Positions 39,190 to 53,861 of a DNA stretch of 64,000 bases are shown here, one piece after another. Made by a program: the position numbers and the translations under genes. Position 1 is the first letter of the stretch. Each line of letters begins with the position of its first letter. The notes beneath the pieces were generated by a model. That model ran no database searches, was not told the origin of the DNA, and worked only from the letters and a program-made list of their open reading frames with translations. The stretch lies in NCBI RefSeq assembly GCF_009834535.1, contig NC_045696.1, positions 21,888,001 through 21,952,000 of the forward strand, written 5' to 3'. The DNA is from Camelus ferus (lineage: Eukaryota).

Positions 39190-42100
39190 CTTAATCAGTC
39201 AGAATCTTTGTCGCATGCAATGGAAAGAAAGGTCTTGTTGACTTAAACATTTAAAATATATATATTTAAAGCGTATTTTGCAGCCCTAGAGGACAATATT
39301 CTAAATACTGTCTAGAAAGATTTACTGAATCTCCAGAAGCGGGGGCGGGGGGAGGGGGGTGGCGCATGGCAGGCAACGGGTATGGAAAAAGACAGAAATA
39401 AAAGATTTGAAGCTGTAGCCAGAACCATAGCCAAAGTCGTGCCAAAAAAAAAGTCCCTTAAAAATCTTAGTGCCAACCTTAGACGCTTGATGTCATTCCT
39501 GGATCACTGCCACAGATGCTCCTGGAAACTTAATTCTGTTACTACTGCTTGTGAAGTTCATCACTACCAAAACAGAATCTCCACCCCTTTTGCTTGCTTG
39601 AGTCATTAATTACCCATGCAGTCCCATGGTGACGGCATCTAACAGACCACGCCTACATCACATGTTCCCATTCTAGCTGGAAAAAAGGCTAGACCACTAA
39701 GTATCTGATTCTCAGATTCTATAAAAGGAGAAAGTGATGCCCTGCCTTCTACCATGACTCATGAGGTGGGTAAATCCCAAATATAAGAAGGAGGACTGAG
39801 ATGATACACAGGGAGAAAAAAACAAATAATTAATATAATTCATTCCTTAGACTGCACAATACTTACAACCTTCTTCAAATTTGTAAGGTTTAAAAACTGC
39901 TGCTACATAATTAATGCTGTAACTATCACCTGTGTGCTGAAAACATCTGCAGTCCTTATTTAAGGTGGGATGATCCAAATTTTAATCAACATTCTGCTTT
40001 AAGTCCTGGATCTCTTACAACTATAGGTCTGCCATGATCCAATTTTAATATTCTGTGATGTATATACTAAACTGTATAGATTTTGCAATCACCAAACTAC
40101 TTGATATAAAAAAGTGACAGGGAAAAAAGGAAATAAGAGGAAATACAGATATACACACACACACTGATATGGCAGTGAGGAAAATATGGGAGAGACTATA
40201 ATCTTGTCTCTATAGCTATTCATAAAGGTGTTTTTATTCTTATGACTCTCTTCCTTTTTCTCCCTTCTTATAATTTTTTCTCATCAGCTAGCTGGTTAGT
40301 GAAGTGACCAAGTTCTAATTTATAAAGAGCCCTGTTGGAATAGCATTAAATTAGACTACTTGCCACGGCAGTACTAGGGAGCAGCCAAGATACCAGGTGA
40401 CTTCTAGTCAGAGACGTCCCATCCTTTAATGTATATCAGCTATGTAACTACCCTTGACTGTCAAGCTCAATCATTAGGGCCAGCATCATAGCCCTCCTCT
40501 TTGACTGATAATTCAGCAGCTTGAGGAGTGCAAAATGGATCAGCAGAAGTTTTACCTTCTAATTCAACATAGAACTTGCTGTGTCCCTTGGTAGAAACAC
40601 TTCTCCCTTGAGTAAAAATACCTCTGCACTAGCAGAGCATAGTGTTTTAGGGACAGGAAAGGAAATGCTTCCAGCCATAATAAGTGCTGTTGAGAACATG
40701 CAACTCCCAGTTCCGTCCACGAGTTCCTCAATTCATGAGAGCTACAACACCCTGTATTCGTTGCTGGCTCAGAGTATCAGTGCATCCTAGCGGACAATAT
40801 TCTAAATATGTGATGGTGATCTCCCAGCAGACATGATAATTATTTAACCATTCCCCCATTTTGAAAGGTCAACAGCTAAGTAGATCATGGAGTATTTGGT
40901 AAAATCCATGAATCTGATGGGCAAATGCCTAGTAAACTCGAGATCTTGGTTAGGAGAGAGATTGTGTGCAAATTCAAGATGCTGTAAAAAGAAATCAGTA
41001 AGTTCAAGGTTTGGCAAATACACGAAAAGCAGAGCAAGTAAATCCCAGTGCAGAATAACCATCTATTGTATACAGTAGTAGCATCTAAAATAATCAATCT
41101 GTAATTGTATTTCTACTTGAGGGTTATATTTCCCACACATTTATCTATAGTTTCCTCCACTAGGGCCCTTCTGATGAGCTTTCATGTGGAATCAAATAGT
41201 CTTAACAACCAAACACATATTCATTATACATTTTGCTTCTTTTTCATTTTTCTTCTGACTTCCTTAACTTCACCACCAAACTGTTAGCCATGGCCCAGGA
41301 AGCAATGTAGCTACTCAGTTTGGGCCATTTCTCTGTCCAGAGCATATGGACAACGTGGTGTTCTGCTCCGGGTTCTGTCCAGTGGGAAGATTTTCTTTTT
41401 CATTTTCCCGCAAAGCACACCCTGAAGTCAGCTACCAGACTGCAAGAGGACCCTTCCATCACACTAGGCCCACTTTTTCTAGCAACTCAGGGAGGGGAGG
41501 GTGGCACTGTAGCAAAACAGACACATCCAAACCACTTGTACAGTTTGTTTCTCAGGGCTTGCTGTGGCCCTAATACTGTTAACACAGAGCTTGTAAGTCC
41601 CTTTCAGTTTCTGAGACTTGCCTTTACCCTCTGCTACGCATGTGTCCTTTCAAGGTGAAAGCAGACTGCATCTGATATTGTCTGCTTTAGGGGTAGAGAA
41701 TAAAAGGTTAGCCAGACCGATGGCCGTGTACCAGGACTAGGTTTTCCACTTACTTGTTCCCATCAAGAGACCGCATCTGGAAACTGCAGCTGCTATAGGA
41801 GTAACCATCAGATGAAGCTTCCAGCAATGCACCATCATTCTCCACGGGCATATCCAACCTCTGTACGCAACAGGCAAGCTGGCAGAGTAAAAGGAAATGG
41901 GAAGAGCTCGTTATCCCTGTTTCTTTCAAGACTCAAAATGGCACTGATACTTGTATTTCCCTTAGACGTACTATTGACTGAGGAGAGGGAGCCCCAGAGG
42001 TTTTCTCGTAGCTCTTTTTAGCATAATCGCTCTTGCCCTCTAGGGCAGGACGTAGAAGTGTGGATTCTCCTGTTGCTTAGCATATCCTTTACTTCTACAC

Positions 42101-43010
42101 ACCCGAGTGTGGAAAAATTGTCCACAGGGTGGTGTCAAGGTCCCACAGGGCCTGGTATATGGCAGATGAACCAAGACTCCATTTGTGTTCTGACTCTCAG
42201 GGTATCCTGGGTCCCCAGGAATTAGAATTAACACAGATCTAGTAACAACAACAACAAAAACCTTTTGAAACCTTTGTACAGCCTTTGCCCTGTGCCAGCC
42301 AAGGACCTTTGAGCTACCTGGTAACTAACCAAGGACTGCTGAAGAAGGCTAGGAGTCATAGACCCTGTTGGAACTACTACGTTATCAAGGTTCTACCCTC
42401 AGAGTTACTATTTTTCATCCAAGGTCTCTGGGTGTGCAAATGAACTTAGGGCTGGAAATTGGACATAGATCTAGGACTGTCAAAAGATGAATCAAGTCAG
42501 ACTTTCGTTCACGAGACTTGGAATTTTCCAGTTGTACAAATCAAATAGGAACTCTGTAGGTTTCTCATCCGTTTTAGTCTAAGGAGCCCATGGCTCATCT
42601 TTTGACAGAACCTGGCTTGGAAAAAGGCACAAATAATAAAGCAGGTGTCAGGCGGGATTACAGTAAAATCCTGCAACAAAACAGGTCTGATGTGTACACT
42701 GCAGCTTGCTGTAGGCCAGCAGGCCGTGAGAACTGGAGGCTGCTGCCGCCGCACCTCTGCTGCCCTGCCTGGCTCTTTGCAGCACAGGATCATGGTTCCG
42801 CAGGTGAAGCAACTATGACTAGTTAAGCCAACATCACGGCTACACCACTTGTTGCCCAGAAGGCTGCGAAAGGGAATATTGCCCTTTCCAACTTCTCATG
42901 GGAAGGTACTCTCTGAATCCCACCGGATTCAAGGTAAATAACTCCAAAAACTTCAAAACAAGGTTTAGCTGCTGGTCAGCCAAAAAAACGACAGATATTT
43001 CTCATATCAT
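39190..43010 (-). mobile_element. decayed ERV-L-type provirus (LTR, pro, RT, RNase H, IN, dUTPase, LTR)
   Basis: Minus-strand translations: LILIPGDP...NGVL...ENPH (protease, ~42050-42240), PIAAAV (RT start, ~41800), KSSHWTEPGAEHHVVHMLWTEKWPKLSSYIASWAMAN (RNase H, ~41285-41400), LYTIDGYSALGF (IN, ~41040-41077), dUTPase-like ~40445-40636. LTR-like blocks at ~39190-39830 and ~42490-43010. Confidence 0.8.
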
Positions 43011-43559
43011 GGCATAACATCATACTGAAACACATCAGTTATATAGCACCATTAGGGAAAGAAAAACTCCGTGAGCAGGAAATCTTGAAACTTACACTTC
43101 ACACGTGATACACATTTAATGTTAACTATCAAGGTTTAGAATCTCTCTAAAAGAGATTATACATTCTATTACACTTTCAGGTGACACGAAACAAAGTTTA
43201 AACTTTGTGTTACTGAAGTCATAAGAAACAGTAATTGGCAACTTAGACTATAAAACAAGAGTCACTGAGATCCTGATAGACTATTATTCCATCAAAAAGT
43301 CCCAGAATGCTAGAGTCGCAGTGGCCTGTATTTTATACTTTTTCTTCCCCTTGGCTTCAAAGTTCCTTACTTGTGTCTCTTTTTAGAAGTCCAGCTTTCT
43401 TTTAATTTTTTTGTTTCTAATCTGCTATATGCTGCAAAAACAAGTAACTCTGAGAATTGGCCTATAATAAGTTAAAGATTGTACCTGGTCTGAGCCTTAG
43501 GTATTTTCTGTGATTAAAGTACATAAATTCACTTTCACTGTTTTTTTAAATAACAGTGC

Positions 43560-43740
43560 CTTTTATTTTATTTTTACTGAAGTACAGTCAGTTTACAGTG
43601 TTGTGTTAATTTCGGCATACAGCATAGTGATTCAGTTATACATATATACACATGTATCCCTTTTCATTTTCTTTTCCATTATTGGTTATTGCAAGGTATT
43701 GAATGCATGTCCCTGTTCTCTACAGCAGGACCTTGCTGTT
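43560..43740 (-). mobile_element. cetartiodactyl-type L1 3' end fragment
   Basis: tgaagtacagtcagtttacagtgttgtgttaatttc...cagcatagtgattcagttata...caggaccttg. Confidence 0.85.
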
Positions 43741-43939
43741 TGAATGCTTGTTGTGCTTACTTCAGTGGTTCCCAGGTATCCTAGTGACATGGGGAATATA
43801 ATCTCCAGATGCACTGAAGAAGAAAAGAGAAGGGAATTTTCTTGGTAAGTTTCTATGAGAGGCAGTTAAAGACAGTCTCACCGGACCTTCACAACAACTC
43901 TTTGGGGAAAGCTGAGGCTGAGAGCTACAATGACAGGAT

Positions 43940-44440
43940 TAAGAGTTGGAGTCTATTCCCCTTCCTCTTGGATTTGGATTAGACATTATGTCTCCCACAA
44001 AGAAAAGAATGTGACAAAAGGGATGGTCTGGAACTTCTGAGTTTAAGTCACAAGAAGCCTTAATGGCTCCTGCCTGGGTCCACTGGGATGTTCACTATAG
44101 GAAAAGCTAGCCTTCCATGTAGTGAGTTCAGCTCCCCTGAGCCTGACATGATGAAGATGTCAGACGCTGGTATGGTCTTCCACAGGACGAGCTGAGACCC
44201 CAGCCTCCTAGTCCTCTCCAGTATGGCACCAGATATGCACAGGAAGCCATCCTGCCCTCCCACAGCAGCCCATCCACCACCTGAACATCCAGTGAGAGAC
44301 AGTCAGTGCTACAGTGGAGCTGAGGAAGCACCATCTGTGCCCAAATTCCTGACCCACAAAATCATGAGATATAATAAAACAGTTGTTGTTTTAAGCCACT
44401 TGGTTTCTGAGTAGTTTACACAGCAATAGATAACCAGAAA
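43940..44440 (+). mobile_element. MaLR LTR (MLT1G/H-like)
   Basis: ggagtctattccccttcctcttg...caaattcctgacccacaaaatcatgagatataataaaa...ttttaagccact...cagcaatagataaccagaa. Confidence 0.75.
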
Positions 44441-47400
44441 AGACATTAAATAAACTCATTGATTCCTTTAGCTAACTTGTGTTCAAATCAGGAGTCAAAC
44501 TCAGACTGTTTTAACATCAAGGCCTATAATCTTCCCCTAATTTCACAGTGCCTCCAATGAGAGACTAGGATATTTATACTTTGAAATTATTTCATTTTTA
44601 AATTTACAAAATGTCAGTCTCTATTATTTTAATATCTGATTTTTGTATAAAATCTGATAGCTTAAAAATGTCACACTTTCTCATAATTTTTTTCATTCTT
44701 ACAACCATCCATTGAAGTAAATCTTATTATTTCTGTTTTATAAAAGAAAAGGCTACAAACAAATGCAACTCTGTCTCCAACCTGGGTTCTCTGACTCCAA
44801 AAGGGACACTCTTATCATTAAATTAAAATACTTTTTCATCTATTCCATACTTAGTCCTTTATAATGAAATTTTTAAAGACAAAATCATCTATCTTCAGTT
44901 TGGATTCCAGTGGAGGGCTTAGTGTTATTGCTCTCTTTATGCCAAAATAAAACTTCAGGATGAGAAAGCAGAAATTTATGCCAAGGAAATTAATACCATC
45001 ACTTTCAGTTCCAATTCTTACTTTAAGTTTTATAGTATCCCATTTACTAAACTTGTCCCTCCCTGCACTAAATAGTTCTATCTTGCTTCTCAGCAAAGAC
45101 CTACAAAAAGAGTTTCTATCAGCAAAAATGTTCACAAGCCCCTTCAAATGTTAAAGTGATGCAGCTGATGGCCGTGAGCACTGATACTAACATTAAGCTC
45201 CACCTTTTCCAATTAAAATGTTACATTCCTCTTTCTGATCGTTATTTTAGACCCTAGCTGATCTCTCATGTTCATTTTTATGACTGGTCCTACTTGCCTA
45301 AAAACTATGGACTCCATAAGTGAGCTAAACACTTATAAAGAGCAATAAATATTTCTTTAGAGCTTCACACTACACCTTGCACTCTTTTCAGTGAGTTTTT
45401 TTTAAACCAGCCTTTTAAAAGATATCATTAATTGCTTTAAGGCCCTTTCAAAGCTGAGCAAAAGAGCACATTCTAAATAAACCAGAACAAAAATAGGCTC
45501 TCATGTACACTGTTATTCATTGTAGACATTGCCTACTGCCCCCTCAAATCCTACGTCATGATGATGGTGTAGGTAACAAACACACTCAGTCTCCATGTAC
45601 AGTTAAAAATCCAGACAAAACATAAATATTCAGTGTTTAGGGCACTATTTAGGAACTTACTGTGAAGAGCAGATCTAGGAAATATTCAGGTAAAGGAATA
45701 TGTGGCAGAATCCTGAAAGGGTTAAAAAAAAAAAAAACTGTTAGGCATTATTTCGGGTGATTGACAAGGATGAAAACCCAGAAGTTGTAGAGAATAATCT
45801 CCCTAGAATGGGAAGGTCTGCTTAACTGCAGTAAAGTTTCACCCCAAGAGTACAGACCAGGGAGAGGAGAGCAGATATAAAATGCAAGTTGCAAAGCAGC
45901 TCTGTGCCTCCTATGATACTGAGCTCACAAATACCTCTTTATCCTGGCAAGATCTGCTGAATTATGTAACATTAATCAGTATTAATTCTTGGGCCTGAGT
46001 AATCAACAGTTACTCATCTGTAATTGGAAATTTTCTCCTTAAATTTTCCTTCTTTTTTTTTTTTTATCCTTATTAAGTTTTGGACAACTTCATCTGCCTC
46101 AATTAGAAGTATACTTTTTCAAACTGATTTGGACCATGACCAAGCAAATATAGATTTCATTATGGAAACCAAATGTGGATTCCTCTCATTTTTCAAAGAC
46201 AGCTTCACGGTAATTTCATTAGTGCCCCTAGCCCTGGATGACAAACTTTCTTACATACTTACAAACACAGACATAAGCAAAAAAATTGCGATAAATGGAA
46301 ATAGACAATGGTGTTGGAAATGTAGATGTTGGCTTCACCTCTTATCTGTTTTTCAGTATTGACATGTTTTTATTGTTATGATAATGTATTTCAAACACAG
46401 GTCAGACATCTACAAACTACAAAAATATTCAAATATCTACCTTCCAGTTCTTTGGGTATTAACAGGAAATCTCCACACATTTAGTACTAAAAAAAAAATC
46501 TTAAAACTGACTACTGGATAGGAATAAGAAAAATAGAAAATTAAGGTGAAATTAAGGGTGAAAATTAAGACACCATGGGGATTCTCATTAAGAAAAACAA
46601 AACACTTTTAAAACCAGAATAAAAATTGTATTGTATTGAACCTATACAAAAAGTGCATCACCATCTCTAATTCAATATTCTCAATTTACTGCTCAGTAAA
46701 GGGAGATCGTAAAACACTCATTAACTTGCCTGAAATTAAAAAGCTGGAGTAAAAATCTTAAGACCACTATTCTATATAAGATGGAATTCCCAAGACAAGA
46801 AGCTTCTCAAATACAATATATTTAATGTATTATCACTTGCCTTGGTTTCCTCTGGTTTTTGAAACTCTTGAATTGATACTCGACATCTTTTATCTTCTTC
46901 CTCATGTTTTATAGACCTTTTTTATTCTCCCTGTGATACATTTTCTCCACCTAATTTAAAGCCTTTTATGTGTGTATTTACACACAGTTCTCATGTTAGA
47001 GATGTAATATCTTTTCGATTGTTTTGAAGTTCTTAATTACGCTCTTTTCTAACTTATCGTCTATTGTCTGAAATATCTTTATTTCACCCTTGGGGTGATT
47101 CTCGAGTTAGACCATCAACACAGAACCAGTGTCTCCTGGAAAGACACGAGTCGTATTACCTGCCCTAGTTATTACCACTCAGCTTATTCCATTTCGATAG
47201 AAGAGAAGTCTCTGCTAGTTCCTGCGTGTCTTTTGCCCTTGTTTTACGTTTTTGTCTCCCCCTACCCCTTTTCTGCCAGGGTAAAACGCCAAGCATCTAA
47301 TCATTCTGTGCTCAAGTGTAAGTGAAGTAAACGGTCACACTTACAGGCACACAGGAGTTATAATTAGTCAGTTTACACTGATGGTGTCATTCTCTAATGT

Positions 47401-49310
47401 TTAAGTGTCCATTCTGATTAGCCACCATCATTTTTGTATCAGTAGTGAAGTATTTCGTTATGGCTGACTTAGGACGCATGCCATTCATTTATCTTACAAT
47501 CTCTTAGTCTGCAACCCTCTTCCACTGTAGGACTTTTCATAAATATTTACATTGTAAGCTTCCTGTGCTTGGCTCATCAAGATAAACTCATTCATCTGAT
47601 TTCTATTTGCAATAAATGTGTTGAAATATCCTGATAGCCTTCCCCCTACCCTCTTCATGGTTGTAAGCTTAAAAGCTTCTTATCTTTATCATAAATTTAA
47701 TGGAATCTCAGGCAGAAAGTATATGTTCCACATGGGCTCAATCTGTAGCCTCGAAGTAGAAACTAAAAATTATGTAATAAACTAGAACAAACCACAGCTT
47801 GATAGAGATAGGGCAAATTATAAAGTAAAACATGTTCCTGTGCTCAATTATAAAATAAAATACATTATGAAATTCTAATGGTACTTTTATATCTCAGATG
47901 TTGTGACAAACGCAACTGGTTAGAAAGAAGTTTATAATACAAGTTATTCCATGACTAGCACAATTTAAGCCAATATCAAATGTGAGAAACATAGTCTCTG
48001 CTCACTTTCAAAACTATGATGAGAAGAGAAACCGAATTCTTAACAAAGCTTTAATGCTTACAAACGGAACAAGGACATTATGAATCTAATGAAACTAAAG
48101 GTATTTATATATTTAAAAGTAATGGAAATGGAAGATGAAACTAAGGAGATGAGAGAATAACTAGGGAGAAAAAATTGCTAACAGGAAGCACAGAACGAAC
48201 AAAAGAATTGAAAAGGGAAAATCAAACCACCCACCAGCTGGAGTATGGACTACAGGAGGCGATGGTGAGAGATGAGGCTGGGAAAATAAGTTAGGATCGT
48301 GTTGCGGAAGGCTGAGCTTCTCAACCGAAGTTTTTGAGAAACCACAGAAATATATAGATATTTGCCAGATGTTCACGTTCTCTCTGGAACATATTCCTGA
48401 AGCATCAAGGTAAGACATTTAATGGTAAGAATTTAAAACATTAGTGGAATATAATGACATTTTTATTTCAATTTTAATGTAAAACATGAAAGAAATATCA
48501 GACACTTTAGGTATGGAGCTAGCCACTGCATTCCCTTAAGAATTTTTCTTCACTTTCCTTAGCAGTTGGCGGTATAATGGGAGAAAAATTTAAGAATCAT
48601 CACTCTAGTTTGATTTTAATGAGTAAACAATATGGATCCAGGGAGTAATATGATCAGAACGGTGCTTCAGTTTGTCTAATCTGGAAGCAAGATAAAAGAT
48701 GGAGTGAAAATGGGGTAGGTTGGAGGATCTGGCCTTTGGGAGGCTATCACTGGCCCAAGCTAGAAATAATAAAAGTTCAAGTAGAACAGTACCTTACAGA
48801 CAGGGACAGAAATGTAAAAACAAATTCATTATAGATAAACTCTATCAAACCTGGCATATAACTATGTTGGAGCACTCAGGGAAAAGTGTGGATAATCCAT
48901 AAGACACTGTGGCACCACTGATGGAAGAGGAAGAGGTTTGTAAAGTTTTGGTTTGGTTTGGAACTCATATTGCATAAGAATTTAATATTGTGGTTTCTTG
49001 TGTTTGTAAGACTTATAATCAGAGAAATAAATGAAAGTATCCTTAGGAACATACTTTGTGTTAGCAGAAAGGAGTGGAAATTTCTGTGAGTAAGATCATT
49101 CCATCAGTGATCTGCCAATTAACCTCAGAATCAGCAACTCTGAACATTGTAGGAAGAGTAGATGGACACCTAGAGAAGGTGCACAGTTCAGCAGCACATG
49201 CTCAGAGTAAAGTTTAAGGTGGGAAGGGGCGTGTAGTGGAGATAATCAGCCCTCCCCTGGGCCTGTAGCAAGGAGCAGGCTTGAAGAGCAGAGTAATAAA
49301 TCAGAGCTCT

Positions 49311-49632
49311 CCAGGTCCACTTGTGTACTAAGAGAAGTAAGCCAGAAGAGGAAAGACAAATACCATATGATATCACTTATATGTGGAATCACACACATGA
49401 AAAAAAGGCATTAATGAACTGATTTACAAAACAGAGACATACTCATAGACAGAGAAAACAAATTTACAGTTACTGGGGGAAAAGGCAGTGGGGAGGGATA
49501 AATTGGAGGTATGGGATATGTAGATATTAACTACTATATAAGAAACAGATAAACAATAAGGTCCTACTGCATAGCATAGGGAACTATATTCAATACACTG
49601 TAACGGCCCATAACGAAAAAGAATTTGAAAAG

Positions 49633-49686
<54 letters not shown>

Positions 49687-49759
49687 GTATAACTGGATCA
49701 CTATGCTGTACATCAGAAATTAACACAACATTGTAGATCAACTATACTTCCATTAAAAA
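49311..49759 (+). mobile_element. 5'-truncated L1 3' end with 13-bp TSD and short 5' inversion
   Basis: TSD aaatcagagctct at 49298-49310 and 49760-49772; L1 3'UTR text in between. Confidence 0.9.
49635..49680. repeat. (AT)23 microsatellite inside an L1 3'UTR
   Basis: Read directly. Confidence 0.95.
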
Positions 49760-52700
49760 AAATCAGAGCTCTAAAGAAAACTGAATAAATCTGTGAGGTA
49801 AAAAAAAATCAAGAAATTATAATATTTACATATAAAGAGAGGTCAATAATGCTTCAATGCAATAATCAAGATATTTAAATCATTATTTAAATATTATTTA
49901 AATATTTTAGTTTACTATTTTCCTATACTTATTTCATCTTGGGTATCACTTGTATTAGGGAGAAACTTATATTTATTCAATATCTGAGATATCATTTGAG
50001 TAAGACTCTTATTGAATAAACACAGGAATGTATCTTCACTTAAAAACTAATGTGTCAGTGGGATTCAAAGGAAAAAATTTGAAATAAGAGTCAGCAGATC
50101 TGGTTTTCATTCTAACCATCTAATTACTAGCTGTGATTTTTGACAAAGTGGATGTTTGCGTTCATTCATTCCTTTAATAATGATTAACTGAGTACCTACT
50201 CCCTCCATTCCAAGAGCTGAGAGTTTGTTCTCCATTAATAAAAGCAAATATTCCTGCTTCCATGGAGATTATATCCTGGCAGAAGGATACAGAAATAAAA
50301 AGTGAACATAATATATAAGCAAATTTAACATGTTAGACCATGATATCTGCTGTGGAAAAAATTAAGGGTAGAGCAAAGCAAAGAAAATACTAAGTCCAGG
50401 GTTGGGAGAAGCGTCAATATTTAGAATGGTCAGGACAGGTGTTATTTCAAAGATGATATCCGAGCAGAAACTTGAAGAAATTAGCGATGAGAATAACTGG
50501 GAGGGGTGTGTGTGTGTCTGTGTGTGTGGGTGTGTTCCCAGGGGAGGAGGGGAAGCTATTTTCTTATTACCCATAGGGCCTAGCTTAGCATCACAGAGAT
50601 AATCAAATTCTAATACATATTGATTTAGTATATATATACATATAGATCATTTAATTAGTCTCTCTATGCCTCAATTTTCTCGTCTACAAAATGAAAAAAC
50701 TGAACCAGATCCAGAGTTCTCTAAGTCAGAATAGCAAGGATTAAGAGATGATGGTATTCAAGAGAATATGCATAAAGTCCCTGACACAGGAAGCACTTAG
50801 GCCCATTCATAAAACAGAGGAAAGGCCAGTTTTGCTGATACAGGAAGAGCGTGGAAGAATATTGTGTAAGACAAGATTGGAATGGAAATGAGGTCCAAAT
50901 CAGTGTTTTGCAACATTAGTTGGTGATGAATTCAAACTATCAAGTAAACATTTACATTAAAAAAAAAATTGAATACATTGGATAAAAAGATAAAATAATA
51001 TACATAGGAAAGGTAAATTTTGTTTTCTGAAGCATCTGTTTCACATATATGTGTTGGTGTTTGTGCACATAATTGGTCACCACATAAAGATTTCTTTCAG
51101 GGAATATAATCAAAAAAGTTTGATAGAGATCATGTGGGGGCCTTAAAAATGACATTAAATTTTAGAAAGCATAACACAAGAGAGATGCGTAGACCCATTC
51201 AGGGTAGCTAAAGAAAGCAGATCTTGAAGTTGCAGGTAGCTGCATTTATGCACACCATAAGGAAGAATTTCCTAACAGCTCCATCAGTTCAATCGCGCAA
51301 TTAGCTTTCCATCACTGAAGGCTGGATGGTGATGTCAGAGATGCTATAGAAGGGTTCCTGCCTACCTTTGGGATGTGGACCTGAAAAAGGAAGGCTTTGC
51401 TCCAGGGCTTGCAGCATAAACTGATGCATGATTTCCCTATCAGGAAGCTTGCAGTTAGATTTAGTTTTAAATCATGCACATAAAAAATAACAGTAAACAA
51501 CCAGCAGAAGATATAAAAAAGAGTGATACAGATGCTAAAAGTTCAAAGGCAGGTAAGATCACTCTGAGTGAGGGTGAACTAAGGAAAGCTTGAAAAGAAA
51601 AAGGGAGTTTTAGCTGAAGCCTGAAATGGAAATGGCCGTGCATGGTTGGAAAAAAGAGTTCCCATCAGGAGGAGACAAATGTGCATGATTCAGATAAGAA
51701 GGTGCAACCCACTTGGTGACTGTAGATAAACCCATTCGGCAGACCCTACTGAGGACAAGGACCTGACAGAGGCCTGGCAGGTTATAAATCAGGAAGTCAA
51801 AATTGAGTCAGATTCTGTTGGACTTTATCTTGAAGTACTGATCAGATAAAAGAATTGGTTTAGGAAAATTATTTGGGCAGATGTGTCCATTGACATTAGA
51901 GAGACTGTAAGAGAAAATTGAACATACATGTAAAGTGTGTCAGTCAAGGTGTAGCCAGGTATAAAGGTTCTATTATACCTGGAATGTAACAGAAAACACT
52001 CCAGGTATTTCAATCAAGAAAGAAACAAATACAGTGGATTAGTTATTTTTAAAACTCCTGAAAAGGCTGCAGGAGTGAAGCTGAAAAAAAGAAAAAAATA
52101 CCGTGGCTTAAACTCTCTAGTTGACTTCTGGCTTTCACAGGGTTGAGCACTTCAGGAACTGGAAGTAACCTAAACCTGTGATCAGAGCTGCTTACAGCTC
52201 CCAGGAGAGTGATTCACAGGGCGGCAACCAGAGGCCATAAGAAGCTTCCCATCTGTCAAGGCCCACACATCTGCCTCCTGCAGATAAAGGAGCAATGATT
52301 TGGCTTCGGCTTCATTTCTTCTGCCTTTCAAGTCTCACTCTAGTTTTTTTCTTTTCTAGTTTCTTTATGGTGAAGCTGAAAGCTGAACATTGCTGGTAAA
52401 GGATGCTGAGAAGTGTATCCATAGACTTCCAGGTCCATTACCCAGAAGAGAGCATAGTAGGGGGTAGAAACGAATGCTTGCTAAAAACGCATACACACAT
52501 ACACGCGGTCCCTGGTCCTGCAGATGCATCAACTCTCCATTCCTTCTTTAAAGTCTCCTCACATCTCTCTTCTCTTCCCCTATCCCACAGTCAACAGTGT
52601 TTTTAATCTAGACTTTGAATAGAAATTCTTTCTCTCACCCGTCATGAAAACTCCCATGTTCCTTCTTAGGCAGGAGTAGATTAATTTTTCTCTGCATTCT

Positions 52701-53861
52701 TTTCTTTTCTTAGGCAATAAACATAGAAAACTCTAATAATAGGATGTGGAAGAAAAAGAGGGAAAAGGAAATTTCAGGGGAAAATCTGAATACTATTTCA
52801 AAATAGTTCATCCTACCACAAGTTAAGCATCTCTCCCTTTCCTCCTCACGTGTCTACATCTAATAGTCAAGTGAAAATTTTTTTAAATTTTAAAAGGAGA
52901 AAACACAATAAGTTCATCTACTTCCATCTCATCCACTGAAGACTAGATATAGTAATGTCTCAATATATACATTATTGTCTCATACACACTTCTTACAGTA
53001 TCTTAAAAAGAAACCTACATAAATGCTACTTAATGTTCCTCAGAGCAGCAAACACAAGCAAGTCATAACCATTTAACTCAGAAATTCTTAAAAAGCACTC
53101 CAACATTGAAACGATCACTGCTTAAAATCTGTGTTATTAAGCTTTGCTCACGTGACAAGTGACATGTGTCTAAGTCAGAAGTTACTTAGCAATTATTTCT
53201 CATTGTTCTAATAGGCATGCAAACAGCCAGCTAAGATTTCTTTTCAGGGATGATTCCATGAAGCCTGACTGGCAAATGAGAGCTTTCTCATCACTCAATC
53301 ATTCGGTAAAGAGTGGCTATTTTCTATATAATCAATTCCGTCAGCCATTATGATGGTCAATAGCCCAGCAGTTCATTCAGCAGTAATCAGATTCATTTGT
53401 CTCCGGCATTGAAATAATTAGGTTTTTTTTCAACGTTTCAGTTCATATAGTAATTAAATTCCACATCTAAGTGATACGAAATTAAAATTTTATCATAAGA
53501 AAATAAAATGAGATTCTAAGCCAAATACATGAAATTTATTTTTAATTTCTTATTCCTTAAAAATAGAGGTTATCACTTCAATAAACTGCATCAGGATAAA
53601 TTTAATCTACATATAATCTGCAAAGAATGTAGTATTTGATATGTCACATGAGTGAATTGAATAATCAAACAAAAATGACTAATTACCAATAAAGACATTA
53701 TATATTAGGAGTGTCTGAATTTGGGATGGAAACCAAGTAAAATACACCCTCAGATAAAGCCATTTTTTTATCCTTAGACATTTTTTTCTACCTAAAAAAT
53801 ACAGATTTAGAAAGGAATGAGTTGAAATTTCAATGTGAATATTATACTTTTTTTGTGTATT

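Noticed and set aside
44851..45147. 98-aa minus-strand ORF containing GINFLG, resembling an RT motif
   Set aside because: No other RT motifs or context; likely coincidence.
46538..46570. Short tandem repeats (also ~10468-10491 and ~49870-49905) as array-like elements
   Set aside because: Two or three imperfect units without spacers; ordinary slippage, not CRISPR-like.
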